Source: a virus
Length of the DNA: 55,727 bases
UHGV virus genome: UHGV-0036148
Reading direction: 5' to 3' (one strand)
The translations under genes and the position numbers were made by a program. Under the pieces are notes generated by a model, which was not told the origin of the DNA, searched no databases, and worked only from the letters and a program-made list of their open reading frames with translations. Positions 26,035 to 35,556 of this stretch are shown here, piece by piece. Position 1 is the first letter of the stretch. Every line of letters begins with the position of its first letter.

Positions 26035-29000
26035 TTATCCTGAGAATGAACCAGAACCGCGCGACACTATGACTGTCGGCGAATTTATATAAGCCCCCTT
26101 GTCATTTTGAGCAGATACCTTAATTTTAACTGTAACGCCCCTGCTGGTTACTGCTGCTGAATGCATAACAAGGCGCTCCGTGCCATCCAGTGCTGAATCT
26201 TTTGATGAACCGCCGATTGTTATTGTGCAACCACCAAAACCCTTAACGTTAGCCATAACGCAGATATGTCGGCTATACGCTGCGTCAGATGTGTCATTGT
26301 ATGTTATTACTTTTTCCAGCATCCCATCCCTTAACGTGCTAACGTCAGAACCTGTGTACATGTTTGCAACATCACCGATAAAGGTTTTCGCCTCAAGTGA
26401 ACCGGTAAACTTGCCGCTGTCTGCATGTATTTCACCCCTTACAACAACGTTGTTAAATTCTGATGCGCCGCTTTGTGTTATCCTCCAACCATTGGAACCG
26501 GGGACGAAGTTTGCTGATTTAATTTCATTGACAATTTTAGCCATAGTAATAGAGGCATCTGCAATTTTAGCTGTCCCTATTGATGCATCCTTAATAAATG
26601 CCTCTTTCACATACATTGCGCCGTTAGTGACATAGAAGGGCGATGTATATGCGCCGTTTGCCGCCGTCATTAACACGAAGCGGTCAACAAGGAAAATGCA
26701 CTGCGACTGAAAGTTAGTGCCATCACCAGTCAGGCCAAGCGACATACCTGTTGCGTATTTCATGCCGTTGTTGTCGGTGGCGAGCTTGATTGAATATGTC
26801 GCATCAACATTACCCCTAAAGTCGGTTAACGCTTTAGATGTCGTCTCTATTGCTGTCTTATTCCCGTTAACGGTAACTGTTAGCTGATCAATTTTCGTTG
26901 ACAACGCCTTATCTGCTGTAGCCATTGCCTGCGACCATTCTGTAATGCTTGAGTTTACCGATTCGAAAGACGCTGAGATCTGGCTAAATTTTTCTGCGCT
27001 TGATTCCTCATGCGTAGAAAGTGCCGTTGATACTTCAGACACTTTTGAATTGATCGTACTGGTAAGCGATGCGCTAAGGCCGCTTATTGCGTCTGCGCGT
27101 GCTTTTGTTTCGTCGGCGATGGCTTTGTCCATCCTGGTGACGTTGCTTGTCACTTTATTATCAAGCGTGCTGACACTTGCGCTAACTTCGCTGATAGCTT
27201 GTCCTCTGGCGCTTGTTTCGTCAGCAATTGCCTGATCAAGACGGTTTACGCTGGCTTCAGTCTTCTTATCAAGATTAGTGATCGATGCGCTTACCCCGCT
27301 AATGGCTTCCGCTGTTGCTTTTTTCTCTTCTGCCACAACGTTGTCAATGCGGTCGATTTTCGCGTTGGTTTCCCTGATTCCTTTCTTGTATTGGGCAGAA
27401 AGAGTAACACGCGTGTTGGTTTGAGCGATTGAGTTATTGATAAGTGCAATAGATGCGTTTTGCAGGCTTGCTTTTGCCTGATTTATTTCGTCGCTGTTTT
27501 TGCCAACATTATTTTCAACAGTGCCAAGATTTGCGCTGAGTCCTGATATTGCTTGTGCGCGGGCGCTTGATTCATCGGCAATTGCCTGATCAAGACGCTT
27601 AACGCTGGCGTTTGTGCTGTTCTCAAGCGTTGTTAAATCTGCTTTAACCTCTGTTATTGCGTCGCTTCTTGCCTGCGTTTCATCTGCTATTGCTTTATCA
27701 AGACGGGAAACGCTCGCGTCGGTTTTTCTTTCTAGACTGTCTATTGAGGCGTTCACGCCACTGATTGCTTGTGCGCGTGCGCTGGCCTCGTCAGAAATTG
27801 CCTGATCAAGTCTGCTTACTTCTGATTTGGTGTTGCTTTCAAGTGTGCTAATACTTGCATTCACGCTGCTGATAGCGTCAGTGCGTGCCTTCGTTTCGTC
27901 AGCAATCGCCTTATCAAGACGATTAACGTTACTTGTGACCTTACCGTCAAGTGTGGAAATTGACGCCTTCACACCGTTAATGGCTTCAGTTCTCGCGCTC
28001 GTCTCGTCTGCTATTGCCTTATCAAGACGGCTTATACTTGAGTCAGTTTTCTTGTCGAGAGCTGATACCGAGGCGTTTACTCCACTAATAGCCTCGCTGC
28101 GGGCGCTTGTTTCGTCTGCAATAGCTTGATCCAAACGTTTAACGCTGGCGTCAGTTTTCTTGTCAAGTGCTGAGATATTTGCGTTAACGTCGCTGACTGC
28201 CTGGGTGCGTGCGCTTGTTTCGTCGGCGATAGCTTGATCAAGGCGGTTAACGCTGGCGTCAGTTTTCTTGTCAAGATTGCTTATTGAGGCGTTTACACCG
28301 TTAATAGCTTCAGCGCGTGCGCTGGCCTCGTCAGCTACTGCGCGTTGCACGCTAGAAATCTGACCTTTGAGGTTTGAATCCATCGTATTCATTTCTGCCG
28401 TGATGGTTTTCAGTGATTCCGCTGTCGCTTTTTTCTCTTCAGCGATAACGTTGTCAATACGGTCAATTTCCGCTTTAGTCTCTGTCCTGCCTTTCTTGTA
28501 CTGAGCGGTAAGAGTTACGCGCGTGTTTGTCTGTGCAAGTGAGTTATTAATAAGAGCAAGTGACGCGTTTTGCATGCTTGCTTTCGCTTGCGCCAGTTCG
28601 CTGCCAACTTTTTCGCTGGACACTTCTAATGAATCAATTCTTGACTCATGCTGACCAATATCATCGGCGTTTTCCTTAACTTTTTTATAAAGATCTTCTG
28701 TTTCTTTTTTTAGCGTATCTGTATCAGCTTTTATTGATCCTGTTTCTGTAATCAGGTTGTCAGTATCATTTCTTAAATCTTCGGTTATGTTAGTCAGGTT
28801 GTCGGTTTCAGTTCTTAAATCGTCAGTTATGTTGGTCAGATTATCAGTTGCAGTTTTGAGGTTGTCGGTAGCTGCTTTTAGTTCATTTGTGGCATTTTCA
28901 ATAACATCCGTGCGATCACCAAGATCTTTGATGTCACCAATCATTTCCTTGAACTGTTCTGAGTTCATCACGTCTTTGGTGACGTAATCGCTGATTTCAT

Positions 29001-31413
29001 CAAAATTCTCTGTCGGCTTACCTGATGCCTCCACAAAGTCAGACACGCCAAAAGCATTGCGTGTGCGCACATAAACGTAATAGGTGTGCCCCGTGTTCAT
29101 GCCGCCAAAAGTCCACTGATGACCACGCCCGGTATATTGTGCCTTAGTGGTTACTGATGCCGGATCGGTGATCTGTTTTTCACCTGAGTAATAAAACTCA
29201 TAACTGGTGTCAGTGGTAAGCGTTGTTCTGCTGATCGGGTAAACTGTAGCCTGAAATACACCGGGAACCCAGTTAACTCCTACCGGGGCCGCTGGTGCAC
29301 CAATAACCAGATCCACAATACTTTCTGCACCCTTCATGCCCGTGTCATTTCTGCCACGGATGCCTAATGAGTAGGTTCCCGCATCAATGCCATAAAAATC
29401 ATAACTGTAATTAGTAGTTTCGTAGTATTTAACTACTGCCCCCGCTGAATTGTATACGCGGATTTCAAAGGTCAGGCGATGAGTTGTCGTCAGTGTTTCC
29501 CATGTTGCGCGGCATTGAACTGTTTCAGATCCAATGTTTAACACCTTCAGGTTTTCAATGTTCGGCACGCGGAAGTGATTAAGCGTATCGTTGTTGACCT
29601 CAAAGATTGCGCCATTATCAACTACAGCCTGTTTGTGCGGGTCATGCTGTGATGCCTCGATCGTGTACACGCTGTTATTTTCTGTTTCTGCCACACTGAT
29701 AATTCGACACAATACGGGTTTTGCCGCGTTAGTTGACACAGCAAATACAGTACCGTTACGAATCCACGCCGGGGCGGATGCAAGGGTAATTTTGTTTCCG
29801 CTAACTCCGGTGATCTGGTGTTTTTTAAATTTGCCGTCACTATCAAGCAGGCTAATGGTGTCGCCAGGGGTGATATATTCAGAATCAACCTTATCGACAG
29901 TGATAACCCTGCCATTGTTTGCCACGATACGACCACCTAGACGGGCGCCAGCGCGGTTATTGTCGAGTATCTCGATAATATCACCAGGGGTGAAGTGAAT
30001 TGCGTCACGGGCCATTTTAAACGTGAATTTAGACGGCTCGCGTTTTGCTGTTTCTATCAGCCATTTGCCAGCGCGGTACGCTTGCCCGCGTGACGTGCAC
30101 CCGAACGCCTCCAACGTGGTTTCGTTATAACCATCGCGGGCGATTAGTTCATCATCTGCCACGTATTCTTTTGATTGCTCCCAGCCGTTTTCCGGGTCAG
30201 TCCATGATACGATCACGGCGTTGTAACACTCTGCAAGCGGAAGACTTGAGCGAGTAAACGCGCCATCAACGACGTTTGCGTTTGTGATGGTGGCAATTGG
30301 ATCCTGTGGTGCATCAATCATCACGGTAAGGCGTTGCCCGTCCCATAACGCGATACCACGGAACATACCTGCAATGTTATCCAGTAGGTCGCGGGCGCTC
30401 ATTTGCTCCGTAATGTAAGCGTTAAGCGTCATGCGAGGTTCAAGGCCACCATAGCCATCATCAACCAACTGATCGCAGTATTGGGAGAGCACGTACAAAG
30501 CGCCATCATCAACATCAATGTAACCAGCATGTTTAGCAAGCCCGAAGCGCTCGTTTTTAACCAGATACCGGAAAATCCACGCAGGGTTATTGGTGTACGC
30601 TTTTTTGAATCCGCCAAGCCATAAACCAGAATACGCGCGCGTTTCTGTGTTGTAGTTATCAGGAACATCAACAATCAGGCCGCGAAGGTGATAGGTACGT
30701 GTAGGCGTATCAGTATATTGATCGTGGTCAATTACCGCGCCAGCTACAGCGGTATGAGGATAAGACAGGTTATCGTCAATTATTTCGCTGTAACTACTCC
30801 ACCGCGTATCATTCCTCAATAGATCGCCGTTGCTGTCTGGTGTTACGCGACGAACGCGAATATCAAATGGTTTTTCATCCGGCGCTTTAATGATGTGAGC
30901 TTCCAGATATTCACCACTTTGCTTGCCGGGGCCAATGTGTATATCCTTAATCAGCGACCACGTAGAAGATAATGACGGTTTAACATCAACCATCAACATG
31001 ACAGATGTATTGTACTGGTTGCCCTTTTCATCTGACTGGACTAGAGCATCGACACCAAGATTTAACCTGACACGGGTAACGTTTGGATCTGAAACAGTCC
31101 TGATTATTGGTGTGTCGTGAGTTACCTTTGCGTTGACAATAACGGTTGATTCGATGGCATTAAAGCCATTAATCGGCGATTGGTCAGCCGTGCCGTTGCG
31201 CCAGGCTACACTAATCCCGGGGATTGATGTATTCCCGTTTGCGTCAGTAACAGGTGTGTCATTAAGCATCACGTCATTCAGTGGCGCTTTCTGGTTTACC
31301 GGACCGTATATCGGCCCTTCACTGAGAATGTCTAAAACACGATAAAACTGTTTGTGATACAGGTTATCGTTCAATAATGTTGGTGTTTTGGCTTTGCCGC
31401 CGCCGCTACTCAT
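26035..31413 (-). CDS. J: host specificity / central tail fibre protein J with expanded repeat region
   Basis: N-terminus MSSGGGKAKTPTLLNDNLYHKQFYRVLDILSEGPIYGPV parallels lambda J; 1792 aa with about ten 35-aa tandem repeats. Confidence 0.9.
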   Translation of the reverse strand: MSSGGGKAKTPTLLNDNLYHKQFYRVLDILSEGPIYGPVNQKAPLNDVMLNDTPVTDANGNTSIPGISVAWRNGTADQSPINGFNAIESTVIVNAKVTHDTPIIRTVSDPNVTRVRLNLGVDALVQSDEKGNQYNTSVMLMVDVKPSLSSTWSLIKDIHIGPGKQSGEYLEAHIIKAPDEKPFDIRVRRVTPDSNGDLLRNDTRWSSYSEIIDDNLSYPHTAVAGAVIDHDQYTDTPTRTYHLRGLIVDVPDNYNTETRAYSGLWLGGFKKAYTNNPAWIFRYLVKNERFGLAKHAGYIDVDDGALYVLSQYCDQLVDDGYGGLEPRMTLNAYITEQMSARDLLDNIAGMFRGIALWDGQRLTVMIDAPQDPIATITNANVVDGAFTRSSLPLAECYNAVIVSWTDPENGWEQSKEYVADDELIARDGYNETTLEAFGCTSRGQAYRAGKWLIETAKREPSKFTFKMARDAIHFTPGDIIEILDNNRAGARLGGRIVANNGRVITVDKVDSEYITPGDTISLLDSDGKFKKHQITGVSGNKITLASAPAWIRNGTVFAVSTNAAKPVLCRIISVAETENNSVYTIEASQHDPHKQAVVDNGAIFEVNNDTLNHFRVPNIENLKVLNIGSETVQCRATWETLTTTHRLTFEIRVYNSAGAVVKYYETTNYSYDFYGIDAGTYSLGIRGRNDTGMKGAESIVDLVIGAPAAPVGVNWVPGVFQATVYPISRTTLTTDTSYEFYYSGEKQITDPASVTTKAQYTGRGHQWTFGGMNTGHTYYVYVRTRNAFGVSDFVEASGKPTENFDEISDYVTKDVMNSEQFKEMIGDIKDLGDRTDVIENATNELKAATDNLKTATDNLTNITDDLRTETDNLTNITEDLRNDTDNLITETGSIKADTDTLKKETEDLYKKVKENADDIGQHESRIDSLEVSSEKVGSELAQAKASMQNASLALINNSLAQTNTRVTLTAQYKKGRTETKAEIDRIDNVIAEEKKATAESLKTITAEMNTMDSNLKGQISSVQRAVADEASARAEAINGVNASISNLDKKTDASVNRLDQAIADETSARTQAVSDVNANISALDKKTDASVKRLDQAIADETSARSEAISGVNASVSALDKKTDSSISRLDKAIADETSARTEAINGVKASISTLDGKVTSNVNRLDKAIADETKARTDAISSVNASISTLESNTKSEVSRLDQAISDEASARAQAISGVNASIDSLERKTDASVSRLDKAIADETQARSDAITEVKADLTTLENSTNASVKRLDQAIADESSARAQAISGLSANLGTVENNVGKNSDEINQAKASLQNASIALINNSIAQTNTRVTLSAQYKKGIRETNAKIDRIDNVVAEEKKATAEAISGVSASITNLDKKTEASVNRLDQAIADETSARGQAISEVSASVSTLDNKVTSNVTRMDKAIADETKARADAISGLSASLTSTINSKVSEVSTALSTHEESSAEKFSQISASFESVNSSITEWSQAMATADKALSTKIDQLTVTVNGNKTAIETTSKALTDFRGNVDATYSIKLATDNNGMKYATGMSLGLTGDGTNFQSQCIFLVDRFVLMTAANGAYTSPFYVTNGAMYVKEAFIKDASIGTAKIADASITMAKIVNEIKSANFVPGSNGWRITQSGASEFNNVVVRGEIHADSGKFTGSLEAKTFIGDVANMYTGSDVSTLRDGMLEKVITYNDTSDAAYSRHICVMANVKGFGGCTITIGGSSKDSALDGTERLVMHSAAVTSRGVTVKIKVSAQNDKGAYINSPTVIVSRGSGSFSG
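27150..28420 (-). repeat. tandem ~105-bp coding repeats within J
   Basis: recurring gcttgtttcgtc(a/g)gcaat(t/a)gc(c/t)tgatcaag...aacgctggcg units; protein repeats LDxAIADETSAR... Confidence 0.7.
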
Positions 31414-31427
31414 GGCTTTTTCTCCTG

Positions 31428-31964
31428 TTAACTTACAACGTCTAAGGCGTCTTTGTTGTTGCTTGTGTCTATGCCTAACGATCCGACGTTTGAACCTATT
31501 TTCATTTCACCCAACAGGATTGGCACTGGCCTGCCCTGTCCCACCTTGTTTTCAATGCTGGTGTAGGTGTTGTTCGTTATGGTGTTATCTTGTGCGCTTT
31601 CTGCTGATGTTTTTATCTTCATGTTGCGTGACATAAAGATTGAGAACGCAACGCTAACAACCGAAACACCAATCAGAACCCAGCCAAGCAATCCTATTTC
31701 TAAACCACCGAGTCCACCTTCCACCACTGGCGCAACAATGACAGTAGTCCCATTAGGGTATTTACTGTTAACCGCTGCGGGCGCGGTCTTTTCGTCATAA
31801 TCTTTTCCGGCAATTCGCAAGCGCAATGGGGTACTTAAAAACGCCTTTTTGAACTCATAATTTTGCGCAACCAACAAGCTAAGCCCCTGCGCTGGCGTTT
31901 CAACGTTTAAACACACCTTGCCGTAATATCTTCGAAGATTGCCCGTAAATCTAAATTTGAGCAT
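31428..31964 (-). CDS. I: tail assembly protein I-like
   Basis: position between K and J; internal hydrophobic segment. Confidence 0.55.
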   Translation of the reverse strand: MLKFRFTGNLRRYYGKVCLNVETPAQGLSLLVAQNYEFKKAFLSTPLRLRIAGKDYDEKTAPAAVNSKYPNGTTVIVAPVVEGGLGGLEIGLLGWVLIGVSVVSVAFSIFMSRNMKIKTSAESAQDNTITNNTYTSIENKVGQGRPVPILLGEMKIGSNVGSLGIDTSNNKDALDVVS

Positions 31965-32644
31965 TTGTCAGATCTCCATATTGAATTGGTCTGTCGAACA
32001 TACGCGGGCCGCATTTGCTCGCGGCGGCTTAACAGTCCGGCATTGTCATGATGCAAAACAGTGTTATCGCCCAGGTAAATCATCGCGTGGCATGGGTCAG
32101 CGCCTTTAAACGGCTGGCGGATAATCACATCACCGGGCTGAATGTTTTGCGCGTCAACCATGAAAAACCCGTTCAATGGCAGGTTTTTTATGTACAGGTT
32201 TTCCCCACGCAGCCACCACCCATCGCGGCGCTCAAAGTCAGGCAGATCCACGCCGCAAAGGTGATAGGCGTCACGAAAAAGCGAGTAGCAGTCTGTTTTC
32301 CCGTGCTCAAATTTACGGCCTAACAGGTGCGCTACCGGGCGGAATTTTCTTACCCTGCCACCGGAACATAAAAACCACGGTAGGCCGGAAATAACCTGCT
32401 GTTGTCGATCCCGTGCTGACAATACCAATGAATCGTTAGTATGTGAGTGGAAAACGGCTGTTATAACGCCTAATTCGTCAGCTTTGATATAATCGTCAGG
32501 CGAGATTTTAAAGCTGTTGTGCGGCGTTTCAGACACGTTTAAACACGGGTAAAAATAATCGTTATCTATCACCAGCCCACACACTTCTTCGTCAGGGTGG
32601 GCCGCTGCATAGCGAATCATTTTATCTTCAAGTGCCATAATCAA
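31907..32644 (-). CDS. K: tail assembly protein K (JAMM/MPN + NlpC/P60-like)
   Basis: CGLVI, AVFHSHTN (JAMM HxH), AMIYLGDNTVLHH parallel lambda K. Confidence 0.85.
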   Translation of the reverse strand: MIMALEDKMIRYAAAHPDEEVCGLVIDNDYFYPCLNVSETPHNSFKISPDDYIKADELGVITAVFHSHTNDSLVLSARDRQQQVISGLPWFLCSGGRVRKFRPVAHLLGRKFEHGKTDCYSLFRDAYHLCGVDLPDFERRDGWWLRGENLYIKNLPLNGFFMVDAQNIQPGDVIIRQPFKGADPCHAMIYLGDNTVLHHDNAGLLSRREQMRPAYVRQTNSIWRSDKCSNLDLRAIFEDITARCV

Positions 32645-33345
32645 CCCACCTTGCTGGATCCAGGGAAACAGGAAATTGGTAACGGATTAGGGCGCGGAAA
32701 ACGCAAACGGCAACCGCTTAGGCGGTGGCTGCATTTATCCAGCTTCGGATCACTGGTTAGCTCGTCTTTGTCAGTAGCTACGGGGCCGCCACTGTATCTG
32801 CAACCGTCGCCGCGATATTGCCACTGGCAAACGTCAGCGAGAATTGTGCGCCCGGGGATAACCGCCTTGTCAGCATCAATTGGCGTTGACAGTTCATATT
32901 GCACCTGGTCGGCTGTTTCTTCGCTCATCGCCTCAACGACGTAAAAAGATACAGCCTCAATAGATGGATCTGCATCTGGATTGCCGTTGGGGAAGTTAAC
33001 AGCGTCCAGGTATTTTACTTCCACCTGGCGGCGCGTAACCTTCATTCCTCGCAGGTCGTTAAAATCGTTGTTCATCCCGGTGATTAGCCCGCCAATGTTG
33101 GCTACTACCATTTGCGGGCGCGAGTAAACGCCTTCGTTTTTCATTTCGAAGCCAGTAGCCTCGATTGGGTAGCTGTTGTAAGTCACTCCCTTCCAGATAA
33201 CCGGGCCGTAATAGCCATTCGCGCCGGAATGGAAGCGGATAACCTCGCCACCCAGGGGCGTGAGGTCTAATTCAAACAAATCAATTACCGCGCCGACTCC
33301 GGCATCGACGGAATCAATAATCATTTCTGTAGGTATGCTGCGCAT
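32641..33345 (-). CDS. L: minor tail protein L
   Basis: YLDAVNFPNGNPDADP, LSTPIDADKAVIPGR, QWQYRGDGCRYSG, KCSHRLSGC parallel lambda L. Confidence 0.85.
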   Translation of the reverse strand: MRSIPTEMIIDSVDAGVGAVIDLFELDLTPLGGEVIRFHSGANGYYGPVIWKGVTYNSYPIEATGFEMKNEGVYSRPQMVVANIGGLITGMNNDFNDLRGMKVTRRQVEVKYLDAVNFPNGNPDADPSIEAVSFYVVEAMSEETADQVQYELSTPIDADKAVIPGRTILADVCQWQYRGDGCRYSGGPVATDKDELTSDPKLDKCSHRLSGCRLRFPRPNPLPISCFPGSSKVG

Positions 33346-33361
33346 TTTTTCACCTTGTCAT

Positions 33362-33383
33362 TTTGTGATCGCCGTCACGCTAA
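33362..33383. promoter_or_regulatory. degenerate CRP-like site in divergent region between L and plus-strand moron cassette
   Basis: tttTGTGAtcgccgTCACGc. Confidence 0.25.
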
Positions 33384-33473
33384 ATCATACCAAAACGGTT
33401 GATAGCGATTTTTACAATATGTATATTGTACTCAAAAGGAAGCATGGTTAACAAAATGGCGCGGAGGTGTGAG

Positions 33474-33629
33474 ATGACTGATAAGGTGTGGAGGTTGACG
33501 GTATTCCTGTCAGGCGGCAGGGAAATGACTGTGGCTCTGTATAAAGACGAAGGCGAGGCACTGACTGACGCGCTTTTACTTACTGAAGATGACCGCGTTT
33601 TGGGATACAGGATCGAACCTGCCAAATGA
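33474..33629 (+). CDS. hypothetical small protein (51 aa), moron cassette gene 1
   Basis: GGAGGTG SD; plus strand inside minus-strand tail module. Confidence 0.35.
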   Translation: MTDKVWRLTVFLSGGREMTVALYKDEGEALTDALLLTEDDRVLGYRIEPAK

Positions 33630-33642
33630 AAGGTTAACAAAA

Positions 33643-33993
33643 ATGCAAAAATACAGATTAGACGTGTGGACTGATAAATGTGAGTGGGAAAGCATAGGAC
33701 TATTTGACACATTCGAATCAGCGCGTAATGAAGGTTGTGAATTGCTCCGCTGTTGGTCTGGTGCTCGTGATTATTATGTTATTCCGGTGCAAGTGCCGGA
33801 TAAGGTGGAAGAGATGAACCCGAAAGATATTAACTTTAACGTCAATGTTGAATTTGCCGACTCTATGGATCAGGCTTGCCCTGGTGAAATACACGCAAAA
33901 GGTTTCCCGGCAGACAATCCGCAAGCAAAACGCGAATACGAAAAAGCGGCAAAAGATTTCTGTATCGACAATTTGTCTGCGTTCGATAAATAA
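33643..33993 (+). CDS. hypothetical protein (116 aa), moron cassette gene 2
   Basis: ORF following gene 1 on plus strand. Confidence 0.4.
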   Translation: MQKYRLDVWTDKCEWESIGLFDTFESARNEGCELLRCWSGARDYYVIPVQVPDKVEEMNPKDINFNVNVEFADSMDQACPGEIHAKGFPADNPQAKREYEKAAKDFCIDNLSAFDK

Positions 33994-34002
33994 GGCGGCA
34001 AC

Positions 34003-34251
34003 ATGGGGCGGCGCAATCACGGCGATTATGTGTACACGTTGAAACAGGCCGCCCGCCTCGTTGGTTATCATGAACACGAATTTATTGATTTGCTGATTGA
34101 GCGCGGGATACTGTACCAGGTCTGTTTAACGCTGTACCCGAAAGCGAAATACCTACAGGAAAAGTTATTCATCATCATGACGGATGAAAACCAGGTTAAC
34201 CATTCATTCGTCACTGATAAGGGCGTTAATTATCTGCGTGATAACTTATAG
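34003..34251 (+). CDS. hypothetical protein (82 aa), moron cassette gene 3
   Basis: AAGGCGG SD; plus strand. Confidence 0.4.
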   Translation: MGRRNHGDYVYTLKQAARLVGYHEHEFIDLLIERGILYQVCLTLYPKAKYLQEKLFIIMTDENQVNHSFVTDKGVNYLRDNL

Positions 34252-34261
34252 GTGACAGATT

Positions 34262-34378
34262 ATGAAAATAGAAGTTTTGGCGCTAATAATAATGGGATTG
34301 ATAGTATTTGGCGTTCATGCTGTAGATCTGGACTGGAAAACGATAGCGGAAAATATAGCATTAATGGAAATGGAATAA
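34262..34378 (+). CDS. mini membrane/secreted peptide (38 aa)
   Basis: MKIEVLALIIMGLIVFGVHA... hydrophobic N-terminus; GGTGA SD. Confidence 0.3.
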   Translation: MKIEVLALIIMGLIVFGVHAVDLDWKTIAENIALMEME

Positions 34379-34382
34379 TAAT

Positions 34383-34410
34383 AACCCCGCTTCTCGCGGG
34401 GTCGTGTTTA
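34383..34410. terminator. hairpin terminator closing the plus-strand moron cassette
   Basis: CCCCGC-ttctc-GCGGGG hairpin; T-rich on minus side, TCGTGTTTAT on plus side. Confidence 0.45.
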
Positions 34411-34605
34411 TACGCCATCAACCAAAAATAAAACTTCCTTCCCTTCCCGGGATCTACACCCCACGTACCCATCGCCAACGTCGTGAAGATACCATATATC
34501 GCCGTTGTCAGCTTTTACAGTAAGGTCGTTGATCTCATAGTCGTCAAACAATGTAAAAGCGTCAGTTTTGTCAACTACACAAGTCCCGTACATATCAACC
34601 CCCAT
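34408..34605 (-). CDS. hypothetical protein (65 aa)
   Basis: ORF immediately downstream of M. Confidence 0.35.
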   Translation of the reverse strand: MGVDMYGTCVVDKTDAFTLFDDYEINDLTVKADNGDIWYLHDVGDGYVGCRSREGKEVLFLVDGV

Positions 34606-34958
34606 TAGCCGACAACTTGCTCAAATGTTGCGTTTAGCGTGTATACAGGCCCATCTTTGGTCATGCTCCAGCTACGACAAACAAAAAGCCTCTGCACGTT
34701 ATCCATAGATGGCGACCAGTAAAAAGCCTCGATAGCGCCTCGCGCCCTCAAGAATGCTTCTGCCTGGATCGCCACGTTCCCTCCATCACCACATCCCGCG
34801 CTACTGCCTTTAAAAACCAGGGTGTAACTATCAAGTAATGTGTTAATCCCTTTCGCCTGGCGTTGTTCATACCCATCACCAAGTTTAATGACAGATACGT
34901 TTGGCTCCCTGGTCACGCTGTAGCTTCTTTGCGGCGTCCATCTGAAAACTTCTGGCAT
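34605..34958 (-). CDS. M: minor tail protein M
   Basis: FRW...LGDGYEQRQAKGIN...EQVVG parallels lambda M; GGGGGAAT SD. Confidence 0.8.
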   Translation of the reverse strand: MPEVFRWTPQRSYSVTREPNVSVIKLGDGYEQRQAKGINTLLDSYTLVFKGSSAGCGDGGNVAIQAEAFLRARGAIEAFYWSPSMDNVQRLFVCRSWSMTKDGPVYTLNATFEQVVG

Positions 34959-34984
34959 GATTCCCCCTATAAGTTACATATTGC

Positions 34985-35020
34985 ATACATCTTTACGCGC
35001 TTCTACGCGAAAAATGAGAA
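34985..35020 (-). promoter_or_regulatory. conserved intergenic element (copy 1) upstream of M
   Basis: atacatCTTTACGCGCTTCTACGCGAAAAATGAGAAA; near-identical copy at 47609..47645. Confidence 0.4.
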
Positions 35021-35127
35021 ATTCATCACAAGAATTATAACCAGTTTACAAAATGGCTTCACACAGTGCGTGACAATATGTATATAGTAAGCAAGAAGAA
35101 AAAGCAGTACCGACAAAGGAGGCCAAC

Positions 35128-35283
35128 ATGAAGCGTTATGTAGTGGTAATGCTGAACAACGCATTCGAACAGGTGGAAGTGGCGATAGTCAAAGGCTTTG
35201 ATGACGCATTCAAATACGGTCAATTCATGATGAATGCGAAGGAAAACGAGTACCGTGATTTCTTCCTGAAAGTGGTCAACTAA
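35128..35283 (+). CDS. hypothetical small protein (51 aa)
   Basis: AGGAGG SD; plus strand between M and tape measure. Confidence 0.35.
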   Translation: MKRYVVVMLNNAFEQVEVAIVKGFDDAFKYGQFMMNAKENEYRDFFLKVVN

Positions 35284-35301
35284 TGGATTGCGGGGTGGGT
35301 T

Positions 35302-35556
35302 ATGAAATTGGTAGCGATTGGTAAAAATCTGAAAGCACAGAAAAACGCACAGGACCGGATCATCAAAAAGGGCAAGGCTTTATTAAATGCTTTCCTGAGA
35401 AAAGAGGCCACCCCCAAAAAATTACGCGATGGTTACGGTTATAAATTTGATATTAACCCCGATTGGCGGTTATTCAGCGAAGATTTAAAGGCGTGGTTAA
35501 TTATCGACCATCTGGAATATAACAGACACTGTGGGGTTAAAGGGGCGCATAAGTAA
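35302..35556 (+). CDS. hypothetical protein (84 aa)
   Basis: GGGGTGGG SD; plus strand. Confidence 0.4.
   Translation: MKLVAIGKNLKAQKNAQDRIIKKGKALLNAFLRKEATPKKLRDGYGYKFDINPDWRLFSEDLKAWLIIDHLEYNRHCGVKGAHK

Noticed and set aside
27150-28420. Regularly spaced ~105-bp repeats that could superficially suggest a CRISPR-like array
   Set aside because: Repeats are imperfect, in frame and encode the repeat stalk of the J protein; no spacer-repeat architecture.
26180-30674. Multiple plus-strand ORFs of 60-150 aa from the six-frame track inside J (and similarly inside the tape measure and tail fibre genes)
   Set aside because: Antisense to long, well-supported structural genes, lacking SDs, with low-complexity translations; treated as spurious.
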